This document shows, one piece after another, positions 11,176 through 31,312 of a stretch of DNA of 64,000 nucleotides; the stretch's first letter is position 1, and every line of letters begins with the position of its first letter. The stretch comes from Eledone cirrhosa (Eukaryota), in the NCBI GenBank assembly GCA_964016885.1, contig OZ024760.1, positions 7,006,001 through 7,070,000 of the forward strand. The letters run 5' to 3'. The notes beneath the pieces were generated by a model. It worked only from the letters and a program-made list of their open reading frames with translations. It searched no databases and had not been told where the DNA came from. The position numbers were made by a program, and so were the translations under genes.

Positions 11176-11176
<1 letters not shown>
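10707..11176 (-). pseudogene. RTE-clade LINE 3' fragment with 5' inversion
   Basis: Minus 10886-10707 encodes LLWEP..RRGRPRLTYVD..DRDRWR..stop. Plus 10885-11176 encodes the preceding LLYGSETW..RLAGHAHRHPELI. (TA)n on both sides. Confidence 0.85.
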
Positions 11177-11204
<28 letters not shown>

Positions 11205-11207
<3 letters not shown>

Positions 11208-11647
11208 TTGTCCCCCGGTATTCCTGGGGGTCACGTTCTTAGAGCACCCGCGAATATTGGACGTGGTCCATAAAAATGCCTAGCGTTAAAAAATATATAT
11301 TGCCATGAAAAAAAGCATAAAAAAAATCGCGGAAGATATTTACGATTCCGCGAATATGCAGTGGTTTCCACGAACAATTATTAGTTATGTTCTAGGGCAG
11401 TGGATTGGCAGTATCAGCAGAGGGTCGGGTCGGACGCCATGCTTTCTAGTATAGAGTTACGTCCCTTTACGGACTGAGTTCAAATCCCTCCAAGGTTAAC
11501 TTTGCCTTTCATCCTTACGGGATCGATAAAATAAAGTACCAGTACTGGGTAATTGCTGTCCTTGTGCCAAAAGTAGAAACAATTATTAGTTATGTTCTAA
11601 GGAAAGTTCAGCGAATAACCGGGACCGCGAATGTCTGGGATACACTG
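11205..11647. mobile_element. pogo/Tigger-like MITE interrupted by a SINE
   Basis: Ends CAGTTGTCCCCCGG...GGGATACACTG-TA. Reverse-orientation copy at 56104-56460 and a fragment at ~12490-12590. Confidence 0.65.
11395..11580 (+). mobile_element. Young tRNA-derived SINE
   Basis: A and B boxes, TSD AATTATTAGTTATGTTCTA. Confidence 0.9.
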
Positions 11648-11668
11648 TATATTCATTTGATTAAGAAC

Positions 11669-11718
11669 TCTTGTTTGATGACCCTGTGATAAACAGGCGA
11701 AACTCTAGAGTAACAAGA
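11669..11718 (+). ncRNA. Type I hammerhead ribozyme motif (C3U variant)
   Basis: TCTTGT-TTGATGA-C-CCTGT-gataa-ACAGG-C-GAAA-CTCTAGAG-TA^ACAAGA. 6-bp helix I and palindromic helix III. Confidence 0.7.
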
Positions 11719-11822
11719 CTCACTATTTAGCTTTAATAAAATGAATATTAAAACTCTACTTCGGTATTGAGTACTCTTTTCTTTCAGCCGTCAACCACAC
11801 ACACACATATATATATATATAT

Positions 11823-11970
11823 GACGTAGAACACGGGAAGGTAATACTGTATCTGTAGTGGTAGAGCACTCAGTCCGTGGGACGAGTTTGGTAAAAGTAG
11901 TAACACAACAGTCAGTTCACCACACCGAGAACTATTCTCAGTATGGTGAACTAACTGTTGTGTTACTACT
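11823..11970. mobile_element. Foldback module between (TA)n tracts, homolog of 16376-16510
   Basis: 36-bp arms form a hairpin at 11896-11970. The minus strand matches 16405-16505. Confidence 0.7.
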
Positions 11971-11986
11971 ATATATATATATATAA

Positions 11987-12445
11987 TATAATGAAATGAC
12001 AGGAGGCTGGATTTGTGTAAATCCTTGAAAGGTTTATTATACTATGATCATTTCAATGACCGGGTTCCGTATGAATCCAGTGATATCATCAGGTATTCGA
12101 AATATAATACGTGAATGTAATAGATAAAATCCATGTGGCTGAAAATCGAGGACCCGAGGGCGACCGCTATTCTGTTCCTTCAACCTCAGCCGGTCGCCCT
12201 GGATTATCACCGGATTCATACGGAACCCGGTCATTGAAATGATCATAGTATAATAAACCTTTCAAGGATTTACACAAATCCAGCCTCCTGTCATTTCATT
12301 ATAATATTTAACTCCGTAATAGCACCACCAACTACAAAAACAAAGACGGTTGAACTGCTTTACGTTGAGTACTCTTTATATTATTGCATTACGATTGACC
12401 ATACGGAATAGACCAGCTCTATACAGTGGTGAACCTCAAACCTGA

Positions 12446-12450
<5 letters not shown>
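11987..12450. mobile_element. PLE pLTR-like module with 98-bp inverted arms
   Basis: Arms at 11987-12084 and 12205-12303, internal GC hairpin at 12157-12200, flanked by (TA)n. Confidence 0.7.
12039..12096 (-). ncRNA. Type I hammerhead ribozyme motif
   Basis: Minus strand: ATAC-CTGATGA-tatc-ACTGGATTC-atacg-GAACCCGGT-catt-GAAA-TGATCA-TA^GTAT, followed by AATAAA. Palindromic ATGATCAT helix III. Confidence 0.7.
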
Positions 12451-12494
<44 letters not shown>

Positions 12495-13361
12495 CCCGTC
12501 ATTTGCGGTCGTAGTTATTCGCGGATTTTTACTTAGAACATAACTAACAATTGTTTGTGGAAAACACCGCATATTCGCGGGTGCTATACAGTAAACTAAA
12601 AGACAACAGCAACTTGTTTGCCGAAGTATTTTTTTGTTTCTTTTATAGACTTTAATGAATGAAATTGTCTGCTTTCAACACGCACGTAGTAGAGCAGGTA
12701 AATGATATATAATGGTGATAATGTGCGGCAGATTGTACCACCCGTTGATTGTTCACAACTAACTTAATTGAGCAAACTATTATTTCTACCCGAGTCCTTA
12801 TTGGCTATTTCACGTGCAGCATTCTCGTCTTTAATTGGTCAGATTTAAAAAAAAGGAAAAAACTCATGAACACTTTATTTTCTCTTTCGTTTTCTTAACA
12901 TTTTATCTTATCTATCTGTCTGTCTTTCTATATCTCTCTCTCTCTGTATCTATCTATCTGTCTGTCTGTCTATATATCTATCTACCTCTGTATCTATCTA
13001 TATATATCTGTCTGTCTGTCTATATATATTTATCTGTATATCTATCTATCCATATATATATCTGTTTTTCTCCATATCTATCTATCTGTCTGTCTATCTA
13101 TTTGTGCATCTATCTATCTATCCATCTGTCTATAAATACATATGTAATATATATATATATTATATATATATATCATTCAATTTAGGAAAGTTGGGTGATC
13201 AGATAATCCACTGATGTACGCACGTGCATATGAGTACGTGTATAAGTGTGGGTTATACAACGAAACACGAGACCTCTTAAGTAACTTTTAAAGTGTTTTC
13301 AGTTTCAAAAATAAAACATCTATATAACATACATACAGAATGTGTGCAGATATGTAAGTGT

Positions 13362-13400
<39 letters not shown>

Positions 13401-13689
13401 AGAGAGAGAGAGTAACGATGGAATCGATATTATCGACTAAACCCCCAATGACGTGCACCAGCATGGGCGTTGTAAATAAATAAATAAATAAATATATATA
13501 TATATATATATATATACACTGCGGTTATGTGTGTGTATATATATATGCGTGTGTGTGTGTATGTATGTATGTATATATATATATGTGTGTGTGTGTGTAT
13601 ACATATACACGTGCGTATATATATAGAGGCTGTAAAACAATGTTCGCACCCGTAGTGTCTTCCTCTGTAACTGCCCCACCTCCTCCTCA

Positions 13690-13955
13690 CTAGTAGTTTT
13701 ACCGCCTTCTCCGATTCTACCACCTCTACTACTACAAATATTACCACCGCCACCACCACCTCTACCAGTACTAATACCACCACTACTACGACAACCATTA
13801 CAACTACTACTACTACCATCACTACTACTACTAACACCATCACTACTACTACTACCACTATTACCACCATCACTACAACTACTACTACCACCATTACTAA
13901 CACCACCACCACCACCACTACTATTACTACTATCATCACTACTATTACCACCGTC

Positions 13956-13987
<32 letters not shown>

Positions 13988-14372
13988 TACCATCACTACC
14001 ACCACCATCACCACTACTATCCCCACCTTTACCACTACTACTACTACCACCATCACTACAACTACTTCCACTACCACTAATACCACTATTACCACCATTA
14101 CTAACATCACCACCACCACCACCACCACTACTACTACTATCATCACTACTATTACCACCATCACTACTACTACTACTACTACTACCACCACTACCATCAC
14201 TACCACCACCATCACCACTACTACCCCCACCTTTACGACTACTACTACTACCACCGTCATTACTACTATTACTACTACCACCACCACCACCACCACTATT
14301 ACTACTACCACCACCATTACTACTACCATCACTACTACTACTACCACCACTACTACAGTAGTAGCAGCAGCA
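13690..14372. repeat. (ACT/ACC)n degenerate triplet repeat
   Basis: Direct reading. Source of the poly-Val ORF. Confidence 0.9.
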
Positions 14373-14936
14373 GTTCTGCTGGTAATGTTAGCGTTGTTTT
14401 TACATTTTCTCTTCTTTTCCTTCACACAACAACCTATTTTTCCCCCTCCTTTCCTTTAACGCTATATATATATATATATATACATATACACAAATATATT
14501 TTTGTGTGTATATAAATATATATATATTTGTTATATAAAATCTCTCTCTCTCTCTCTTTATATATATATTCATACATATATACCGACATATACATACATA
14601 GACATATATATACATATACCGACACACACATATATACATACACACTCATATATATACATACACATACACATACTCATCCTGTCTCTCTCTTTCTCTTTAT
14701 ATTTATTTAAATGTAAACGGAAATTTCATAAACAGGGAAAAAAATCTAGATAATCTTTATCTTCTCTTTCTTTTAGTCCATTCCTTTAAATTTCTTCACA
14801 CTTTGCTGCACGCCTAAAGTTTTTTTTTTAACATTTTGTTTACCCGGAATTGCTCGGAAAAAATATATATTTGATATCAAGCGTAAAGTAAAAATTTTCA
14901 GGTAAATACGTCGTTTTTTTCAAATTTTATTTGATT

Positions 14937-14967
<31 letters not shown>

Positions 14968-15017
14968 TTGTCTATCTGTCTCTCTCTCTCTCTATATATA
15001 TATATATGTCTATCTAC

Positions 15018-15051
<34 letters not shown>

Positions 15052-15237
15052 GTCTATCTACCTCTCTCTCTATATATATGTCTTTCTACCCCTCTCTCTA
15101 TATATATATATATATCTGTCTATCTACCTCTCTCTATATATATGTCTTTCTACCCCTCTCTTTCTCTCTATATATCTGTCTATCTATATATCTCTCTCTA
15201 TATATATCTGTCTATCTACCTCTCTGTCTATCTATAT

Positions 15238-15295
15238 ATGAAAAATTCGGGACCCTGATGGCTGAGCCCCAGCCGTTTCAACAGCTAGATCTCTT
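15238..15295 (-). ncRNA. Hammerhead 3' half embedded in TATC/TA repeats
   Basis: Minus strand: GAAA-CGGCTG-gggct-CAGCCA-TC^AGGG. Confidence 0.4.
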
Positions 15296-15411
15296 TCTAT
15301 ATATCTGTCTATCTACCTCTATATCTTTCTATGTATGTATCTCTATATCTATCTATATGTCTGTCTATCTATATCTACCTATATGTCTGTCTATCTATGT
15401 ATACCTACCTA

Positions 15412-15447
<36 letters not shown>

Positions 15448-15746
15448 TCTACTCTATCTACCTATACCCATCTATCTACACCCGACACACCCTAACCTTT
15501 TAAAGAGCGCCAGCTTCTCTGTCATCGCTCGACTTAGAAATAGCAGCTGAATTCTCCCTCGTAACACACCCTGCCCTGTTAATATACATACAGATAATAT
15601 ATAACATATATATATATATACATACACATATATATATATATACCATGCTGTGTTAACAATATACATACATACTTACACACGTGTGTATATATATATATAT
15701 ATATTCCATATGTAGGTATGTATGTATATTAATACGCCAGGATGTA

Positions 15747-15782
<36 letters not shown>

Positions 15783-15869
15783 ATATATATATATATAATG
15801 TGCACATGTGTGTGTATGAATAATATATTAACACGGTAGGATGTATATATGTATATTAACACGACAGGG

Positions 15870-15901
<32 letters not shown>

Positions 15902-16204
15902 ACAGGACACGATTGATAGTGTAGTCCTAGCTACACACAAATCTGGGCTGGGCTTGATTTGATTTAGTTTTGACTTTGATTTCGTTGGATTGGTCATGGA
16001 TGGAACCAAACATTCCTTATGTCTGTCTACAGGTGCCCCCCCCCCCCTCTGTTCAATCACAGCTGACCCCCCCCCCCGAATTAAAAAAATATTTTATTTT
16101 AAAAGACATTTAAAGGCTTTAAAACCACTGTACTTAACTGACATAGAAAAATACACACGATGTGTTGCTTCGTTGCGGTTTCTTAATAAAAAAAAAAACA
16201 CAGC

Positions 16205-16560
16205 CGTCTCTAGGTCAAATAGCTGAAAACCCCTGAGACCATCGAACGGACAGACACACAGATAAATACGATGATATGATGAAAAATATGACACTCCAAC
16301 CATGACACTCCAACTATACATGTATTTAACCTGTTCTTTCTATCACCTCTCCCCAATATATATATATATATATATGTCCATTACGTGCTAAAGTGAAACA
16401 ATTGTTCTCGGTATGGTGAACTAACTGTTGTGTAACCACTTCTACATAACTCGTCCCATGGGCTGAGTGTTCTACCACTACGGATATTACCTTCCAGTGT
16501 TCTACCACTATATATATAATATATATATATATAATATATATATATATAATATATATAATA

Positions 16561-16598
<38 letters not shown>

Positions 16599-17520
16599 TC
16601 TAGGTCAAACCAACCAAGCCTCTCTTGTTGGACAGACAGGCACACATAGATACTATATGATGAGACATTCCAACCAAACTATGACAATCCAGTCTGACAT
16701 TGTGTATTTGTGTATTTGTATTTACCCCTCTCTCCTATATCGTCATCATCACAGTTTTACGTCCATTTTCAACACTAGCATGGGTTAGACTAGTTGTCCT
16801 GTTGTGGGCAATGCTAGGTAAGGTGACCATGTCTTGTTCATACAGAACTGATTTTGGCTTGATGCCCTTCCTTACGCCAACCTCATTTACAGTGAAAAAA
16901 AATCACCTCCAGGTCAAACCAACCACCCAAGCCCCTCTCCATCGGACGGTCAGACAGTTAGACATGAATGGAAGGCATGACTCTCCATTCATGACTCTCC
17001 ATTCATGACTCTCCATTCATGACTCTCCATTCATGACACTCCATTCATGACACTCCATTCATGACACTCCATTCATGACACTCCATTCATGACATGACAC
17101 TCCAGTCATGAGACTACAGTCATGACATGATACTGCAGCCACGACACTCCGGCCACGACACTCCGGCTATGACATGACACTCCAACCATGACACTCCAAT
17201 CATGACATTCCAACCATGACAATCCAGTGTTACAACATTATTTATGTGTTCTCGTATCCTGCCCTACCTCCTAATATTAAAAAAGGCCCTCTAGGTCGGA
17301 CACCCGAGACCATCTGACAGACAGGCAGGTAGATACAGACATATAATGAAAGGCATGACAATCCAGCCATGACAATCCAGTCTGACATTGTGTATTTAAC
17401 ATGTTCTTTCTTTCACCTCACCCTCTTGTATATATTAAAAAACCCTCTAGGTCAAACCAAGCAAGCCCTTCTCCATTGGACAGACACAGGTAGACAGACT
17501 AACAGAAAGGGCCAGCCCTT
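16205..17520 (+). repeat. Degenerate tandem units, including an (ATGACTCTCCATTC)n 14-mer array at ~16977-17220
   Basis: 'ctctaggtcaaa...gacagaca...atgacaYtcca' recurs about five times. Confidence 0.7.
16376..16510 (+). mobile_element. HHR 3' half plus tail between (TA)n tracts
   Basis: GAAA-CAATTG-TT^CTCGG at ~16395-16411. The tail is homologous to 11823-11935. Confidence 0.55.
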
Positions 17521-18045
17521 CCTTTTCATCCGACCCCCTATATATATTTAAAGGGCAGTATTTGGCTGTTGTTTCTAGCATGCCTATCCATAAAGGGCCA
17601 GCCCTTTCATCCTACCCTCTATATTTAAAGGGCAGTTTTGCTGTTCTTTCTAGCATGTCTAGGGCCAGCCCTTCCCTTTCATCCAACTCTCTATACATAA
17701 AGGACATTATTTGGCTGTTCTTTCTAGCATGTCTATCATTAAAGGGCCAGCCCTTTCTCTCGCTCGAAATTTCTCTAGCAGCATGGTAGCGAGAGATTTC
17801 TTTTTGTTCACCACTTGCTAACTTAAACTGATTGTTGGGGTTGTATTAGTTAATTAACCAGCCAGTTAGTTTAGTTATTCACCTCGTTATAATGACATAA
17901 AATGTAACTTATTTATAATCTAGGTATTAATATATATATAGATATATGGTTTGGTTTTCAGTCGTATTTTTTCCTCAGTTATCCTGTTTCAAAATATATT
18001 GTCGTCGGTTTGATTGTTAAATAAATGTTTCTTTCCTTTCTCACC

Positions 18046-18084
<39 letters not shown>

Positions 18085-18099
18085 TCAACATTGACATGT

Positions 18100-18149
18100 A
18101 CAGGTACTTAAGTTTCGTTGGGTTATGCACCCCAACTCATTCAGCCTGT
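18100..18149 (-). ncRNA. Type I hammerhead ribozyme motif as a ~70-bp island in (TA)n
   Basis: Minus strand: ACAGG-CTGAATGA-GTTGGG-gtgcataa-CCCAAC-GAAA-CTTAAG-TA^CCTGT. All three helices pair perfectly, G10.1-C11.1 is kept, and the core has one extra nt. Confidence 0.8.
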
Positions 18150-18531
18150 TATATATATATATATATATATATGTATATACATGTTTACATGCCAACACAA
18201 GAGCAAAAATGAAGGGTGCATTCTACTGACATGGCGTTAAAAATGAGGCTTGTTTGCATAATTGCAAACGAATCGAATATTATTAATATTCGAAAAACTC
18301 AGATTACATTTATTGTATTCAGCCATGTAGAGCGAAATTTTTAAAATTATTTTTTATATACATGTATGTATATGTGTGTGTGTATGTTTGTAATGGGGCG
18401 ATTTTTTAAATAATTTTCTGATAGAGTGGCGAGAATCGTTTATCGTATCGGACACACACCACACCACAACCACCACTAAATGTTAAATAAATGTTTCCTT
18501 TCCTCACCAAATATGTGTGTATGTATGAATG

Positions 18532-18596
<65 letters not shown>

Positions 18597-19085
18597 GTGT
18601 GTGTTTAACAGGACGATTGTGTACATATATTTCTGATATCAACACCGCATCACAGCACCAACATAACAACCACGTCCCAACCGGCATCGTTTCTCTGAAC
18701 GATGATGTTATTACTATTTTCATACCACACAATATACCATACCATACCACGATATATAATTGTTTCTATTTTAGGCATAAGGCCAGCAATTAACCAGTGC
18801 ATTACTGGTACTTTATTTTATCGATAACATATATTATATAATATTGTATATATATATTTTATATATAACTACATTATATCAGTCTTATTAAACTACTACT
18901 ACTAGTAGTAGTAGTTTTTGTTATACCTATACGAGGGCCCGCCTTGTTTTTGTTTTTTCAGGGGCCTAGGTCAACTATTTAGTATTATATACAAGTAGAA
19001 GGGATATTTAATTTGTTGGAAATCCAACAAATATAAATGTTTAACACACATAGTACTATATCGTATATACACGTATTACTATATC

Positions 19086-19117
<32 letters not shown>

Positions 19118-19118
<1 letters not shown>

Positions 19119-19258
19119 ACGAAGGAAGTGTGGTAAGGAACCAGATGGACCATAACGCACCAGAGTACTCAATACTTAGGGTAGTAGAGTGGATAATAGG
19201 AAAATGTTTAACCCCGACGAAACGGCTTGAGCTCTGCCGTCGGGGTTAAACATTTTCC

Positions 19259-19261
<3 letters not shown>
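19118..19261. mobile_element. Foldback module with HHR 3' half
   Basis: Perfect 24-bp arms at 19196-19219 and 19238-19261, containing GAAA-CGGC-ttgagctct-GCCG-TC^GGGG. (TA)n on both sides. Confidence 0.65.
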
Positions 19262-19297
<36 letters not shown>

Positions 19298-19332
19298 GTA
19301 TGTCAGACATTAATTGTATGTCAGACATCAAT

Positions 19333-19397
19333 TTATTTTATCTGATGAGGATGTACTGAGGAAAAAGCTCAGTGCCTCTGAAATATATATAAAATAA
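19333..19397 (+). ncRNA. Near-intact hammerhead motif
   Basis: TTATTTTAT-CTGATGA-GGA-tg-TACTGAG-gaaaaag-CTCAGTG-cc-TCT-GAAA-TATAT-ATAAAATAA. 9-bp helix I; the cleavage register is off by 1 nt. Confidence 0.6.
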
Positions 19398-19404
19398 TAT
19401 ATAT

Positions 19405-19800
19405 ATATACATAGTACTATATCGTGTATATATATATATACATAGTACTATATCGTGTATATATATATATATATACATAGTACTATATCGTGTGTGTATA
19501 TATATATATATATATACATAGTACTATATCGTGTGTATATATATATATATATATATACATAGTACTATATCGTGCATATATATATATATATATATAGTAC
19601 TATATCGTGCATATATATATATATATATATATATACATAGTACTATATCGTGCATATATATATATATATATATATCTATATATATATATATATATAGTAC
19701 TAAATTATATATATATATATATATATAGTACTAAATCATATATATATATATATATATATAGTACTAAATCATATATATATATATATATATATAGTACTAA

Positions 19801-19843
<43 letters not shown>

Positions 19844-19967
19844 AAATCATATATATATATATATATATAGTACTAAATCATATATATATATATATATATA
19901 TAGTACTAAATCATATATATATATATATATATATAGTACTAAATCATATATATATATATATAGTACT

Positions 19968-20007
<40 letters not shown>

Positions 20008-20013
20008 TACTAA

Positions 20014-20052
<39 letters not shown>

Positions 20053-20054
20053 AA

Positions 20055-20097
<43 letters not shown>

Positions 20098-20338
20098 AAA
20101 TCATATATATATATATAGTACTAAATCATATATATATATATAGTACTAAATCATATATATATATATACATAGTACTAAATCATATATATATATATATATA
20201 TAGTACTAAATCATATATATATATATATACATAGTACTAAATCATATATATATATATATATATACATAGTACTAAATCATATATATATATATATATCTAT
20301 ATATATATATATATATATATACATGTACTATATAGTAC

Positions 20339-20377
<39 letters not shown>

Positions 20378-20387
20378 GATATAGTAC

Positions 20388-20424
<37 letters not shown>

Positions 20425-20434
20425 GATATAGTAC

Positions 20435-20478
<44 letters not shown>

Positions 20479-20488
20479 GTACTATATC

Positions 20489-20531
<43 letters not shown>

Positions 20532-20541
20532 GTACTATATC

Positions 20542-20579
<38 letters not shown>

Positions 20580-20584
20580 ATATC

Positions 20585-20624
<40 letters not shown>

Positions 20625-20632
20625 ATATCGTG

Positions 20633-20675
<43 letters not shown>

Positions 20676-20680
20676 ATATC

Positions 20681-20721
<41 letters not shown>

Positions 20722-20756
20722 GTACTATATCGTGTATATATACATAGTACTATATC

Positions 20757-20801
<45 letters not shown>

Positions 20802-20811
20802 GTACTATATC

Positions 20812-20854
<43 letters not shown>

Positions 20855-20938
20855 GTACTATATCGTGTATATATATATATATACATAGTACTATATCGTG
20901 TATATATATATATATATATATATACATAGTACTATATC

Positions 20939-20979
<41 letters not shown>

Positions 20980-20989
20980 GTACTATATC

Positions 20990-21024
<35 letters not shown>

Positions 21025-21034
21025 GTACTATATC

Positions 21035-21073
<39 letters not shown>

Positions 21074-21083
21074 GTACTATATC

Positions 21084-21118
<35 letters not shown>

Positions 21119-21128
21119 GTACTATATC

Positions 21129-21163
<35 letters not shown>

Positions 21164-21173
21164 GTACTATATC

Positions 21174-21226
<53 letters not shown>

Positions 21227-21355
21227 GTACTATATCGTGTGTATATATATATATACATAGTACTATATCGTGTATATATATATGTATATATATATATACA
21301 TAGTACTATATCGTGTATATATATATGTATATATATATATACATAGTACTATATC

Positions 21356-21397
<42 letters not shown>

Positions 21398-21435
21398 ATA
21401 TCGTGTGTATATATATATATACATAGTACTATATC

Positions 21436-21470
<35 letters not shown>

Positions 21471-21545
21471 GTACTATATATATATATACATAGTACTATA
21501 TATATATATATATACATAGTACTATATATATATATATATATACAT

Positions 21546-21582
<37 letters not shown>

Positions 21583-21674
21583 GTACTATATCGTATATAT
21601 ATATATATATATATATATACATAGTACTATATCGTATATATATATATATATATATATATACATAGTACTATATC

Positions 21675-21709
<35 letters not shown>

Positions 21710-22249
21710 GTACTATATCGTATATATATATATATATATACATAGTACTATATCGTATATATATATATATATATATACATAGTACTATATCGTATATATA
21801 TATATATATATACATAGTACTATATCGTATATATATATATATATATACATAGTACTATATCGTATATATATATATATATATACAAAGTACTATATCGTAT
21901 ATATATATATATATATACAAAGTACTATATCGTATATATATATATATATACAAAGTACTATATCGTATATATATATATACAAAGTACTATATCGTATATA
22001 TATATATATATATACAAAGTACTATATCGTATATATATATATACAAAGTACTATATCGTATATATATATATATACATAGTACTATATCGTATATATATAT
22101 ATATACATAGTACTATATCGTATATATATATATATATACATAGTACTATATCGTATATATATATATATATACATAGTACTATATCGTATATATATATATA
22201 TACATAGTACTATATCGTATATATATATATATATACAAAGTACTATATC

Positions 22250-22296
<47 letters not shown>

Positions 22297-22650
22297 GTAC
22301 TATATCGTGTATATATATATACATAGTACTATATCGTGTATATATATATACATAGTACTATATCGTGTATATATATATACATAGTACTATATCGTGTATA
22401 TATATATACATAGTACTATATCGTGTATATATATATACATAGTACTATATCGTGTATATATATATACATAGTACTATATCGTGTATATATATATACATAG
22501 TACTATATCGTGTATATATATATATACATAGTACTATATCGTGTATATATATATACATAGTACTATATCGTGTATATATATGTATATATATATACATAGT
22601 ACTATATCGTGTATATATATATATATATATACACATAGTACTATATATCT
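19405..22650. repeat. Satellite: CATAGTACTATATCGTG core plus variable (TA)n
   Basis: Dozens of units with variant blocks (TAGTACTAAATCA, CAAAGTACTATATCG). Confidence 0.95.
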
Positions 22651-22730
22651 ATAGCACATATATATGTTATAGATATATAGTTCTGTGAAATGTGTATATG
22701 CATAAACATACTATATATATTATATATATA

Positions 22731-22770
<40 letters not shown>

Positions 22771-22914
22771 TCCCCTTTAACCTTTATGTCACATTTAAAG
22801 CAACAAACTAAAGAATTAGGGTCTACATTATAGTAAGTACATGTTACATACAACCCCTATTAACATTATTATATTTACTAGCTTTAAACTATCACGTTTT
22901 CCCATCAACAACGC

Positions 22915-29990
<7,076 letters not shown>

Positions 29991-30486
29991 TTTTCACACA
30001 TACACATACACACACATACACATACATACACCCATAAATTCCTGCAAGCTGTGGAGGTATATATAATATAATATAATATAATATTAGTTGATGTAGTAAA
30101 AGTCGCTAATAACATGAATCTTTATTCATTTACTGGCCATTTCTGTTATTAAGTGAAAATATACGCTGCTATAGCGATGACATTTGAAAAATGTCAAACC
30201 AATTCTTCGCTCCATCTAACTTTTTCTCTGCCCAAAACCATGAGAATCATATTTTTTCCCTCCCTCCGTCTTCTCTTTTCCCTACTAACCTTGAAGTTTT
30301 CCCTCCAGTGTATTTTCTATTTATTCTGTTGCTTCTCTTCACGGAACTTCTCATTTCTCTCTCTCTCTAAACCAATTTATCTGTCTGTCACATATATATA
30401 TATATATATGTATGTAGGAGGTAAGTTTTATTGTAGTACAATAAAACTGCACTATCCACAAGTGTTTTTTAACCTTCATATCATGT

Positions 30487-30573
30487 GTTCCTATTTTATC
30501 TGATGAAAACACAAATGTTATTGTTGCATGATGATATTTGTTTTTGAAATGCGCATAATAAAATACATGGAAC
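30487..30573 (+). ncRNA. Type I hammerhead ribozyme motif with extended helix I
   Basis: GTTCC-TATTTTAT-CTGATGA(30500-06), 14-bp helix II, GAAA(30546-49)-TGCGCA-TA^ATAAAATA-cat-GGAAC. Confidence 0.8.
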
Positions 30574-30593
30574 TCTTTTAACCATCTTTTGAT

Positions 30594-30635
<42 letters not shown>

Positions 30636-30944
30636 TACACCTGTGTGTGCGTGTGTGCATATCTGACTTTCTGTCAGTTTATTTAACTATCTGTCCATCC
30701 ATCTCTCTATCTATGAAGTCTGTTTATCTATCTATCTCTCCCACATTCTATACATCCATTTAGCCACATGTTGGTGGCATGAGTGAAAGCTAATTTACTG
30801 AGCTTTACTTAGCCTAGCAACATCTTTCTGTAATAAATAAAAAATGTATTTCCTTATGCTTAATTCATTTTCTTTTATAATTGACACAAGCCACCACTAA
30901 CACCACCATCACCACCTATCCATCCATCTATCTATCTATCTTTT

Positions 30945-31312
30945 TATCTTTTTTCAAATACCACTTTGGAAGAAGAATCAGGATGGAGAGAGGTGCTGTA
31001 CCCCAGCAAGTTTTATGAAAGGTGGGTGAAAGTGGCCCGAGTGAATGGGCCTTCTCTCTATACCAGCCTGTAGGTTGAGGAAAAGGAGGAGTAGAGGAAA
31101 GGAGTACAAACTCTTCGTACTCCTGGAGATGAGGGTTGCACATTTTTTCGGGGGTATGTGTTACCCATATGAATTGTCTCCCCCTATTGGGGAAAATCGA
31201 CTAATTTTTTAAAATTGCATTTGTGATAACATTTTACACGTTTCTATTGTATGTAAACTTCCCCCTTTGTATTTGTCCCCTTCTTTTGTGCCCCTGTGGC
31301 TAATAAAGAACA
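30945..31312 (+). mobile_element. Tx1/L1-like LINE 3' end (second fragment 31478-31850; duplicates at 36237 and 36772)
   Basis: C-terminal FFxYHFGRRIRMEREVL..FYERWV..ARMARVNG..stop, a 3' UTR ending AATAAAGAA, then (TATC)n. Confidence 0.65.

Noticed and set aside
13430-14425. 331-aa poly-Val ORF (poly-Thr on the other strand)
   Set aside because: Triplet repeat with no unique domain or splice support.
19405-22650. CRISPR-like regularly spaced palindromic repeats
   Set aside because: Spacers are only (TA)n, there are no cas genes, and the context is eukaryotic.
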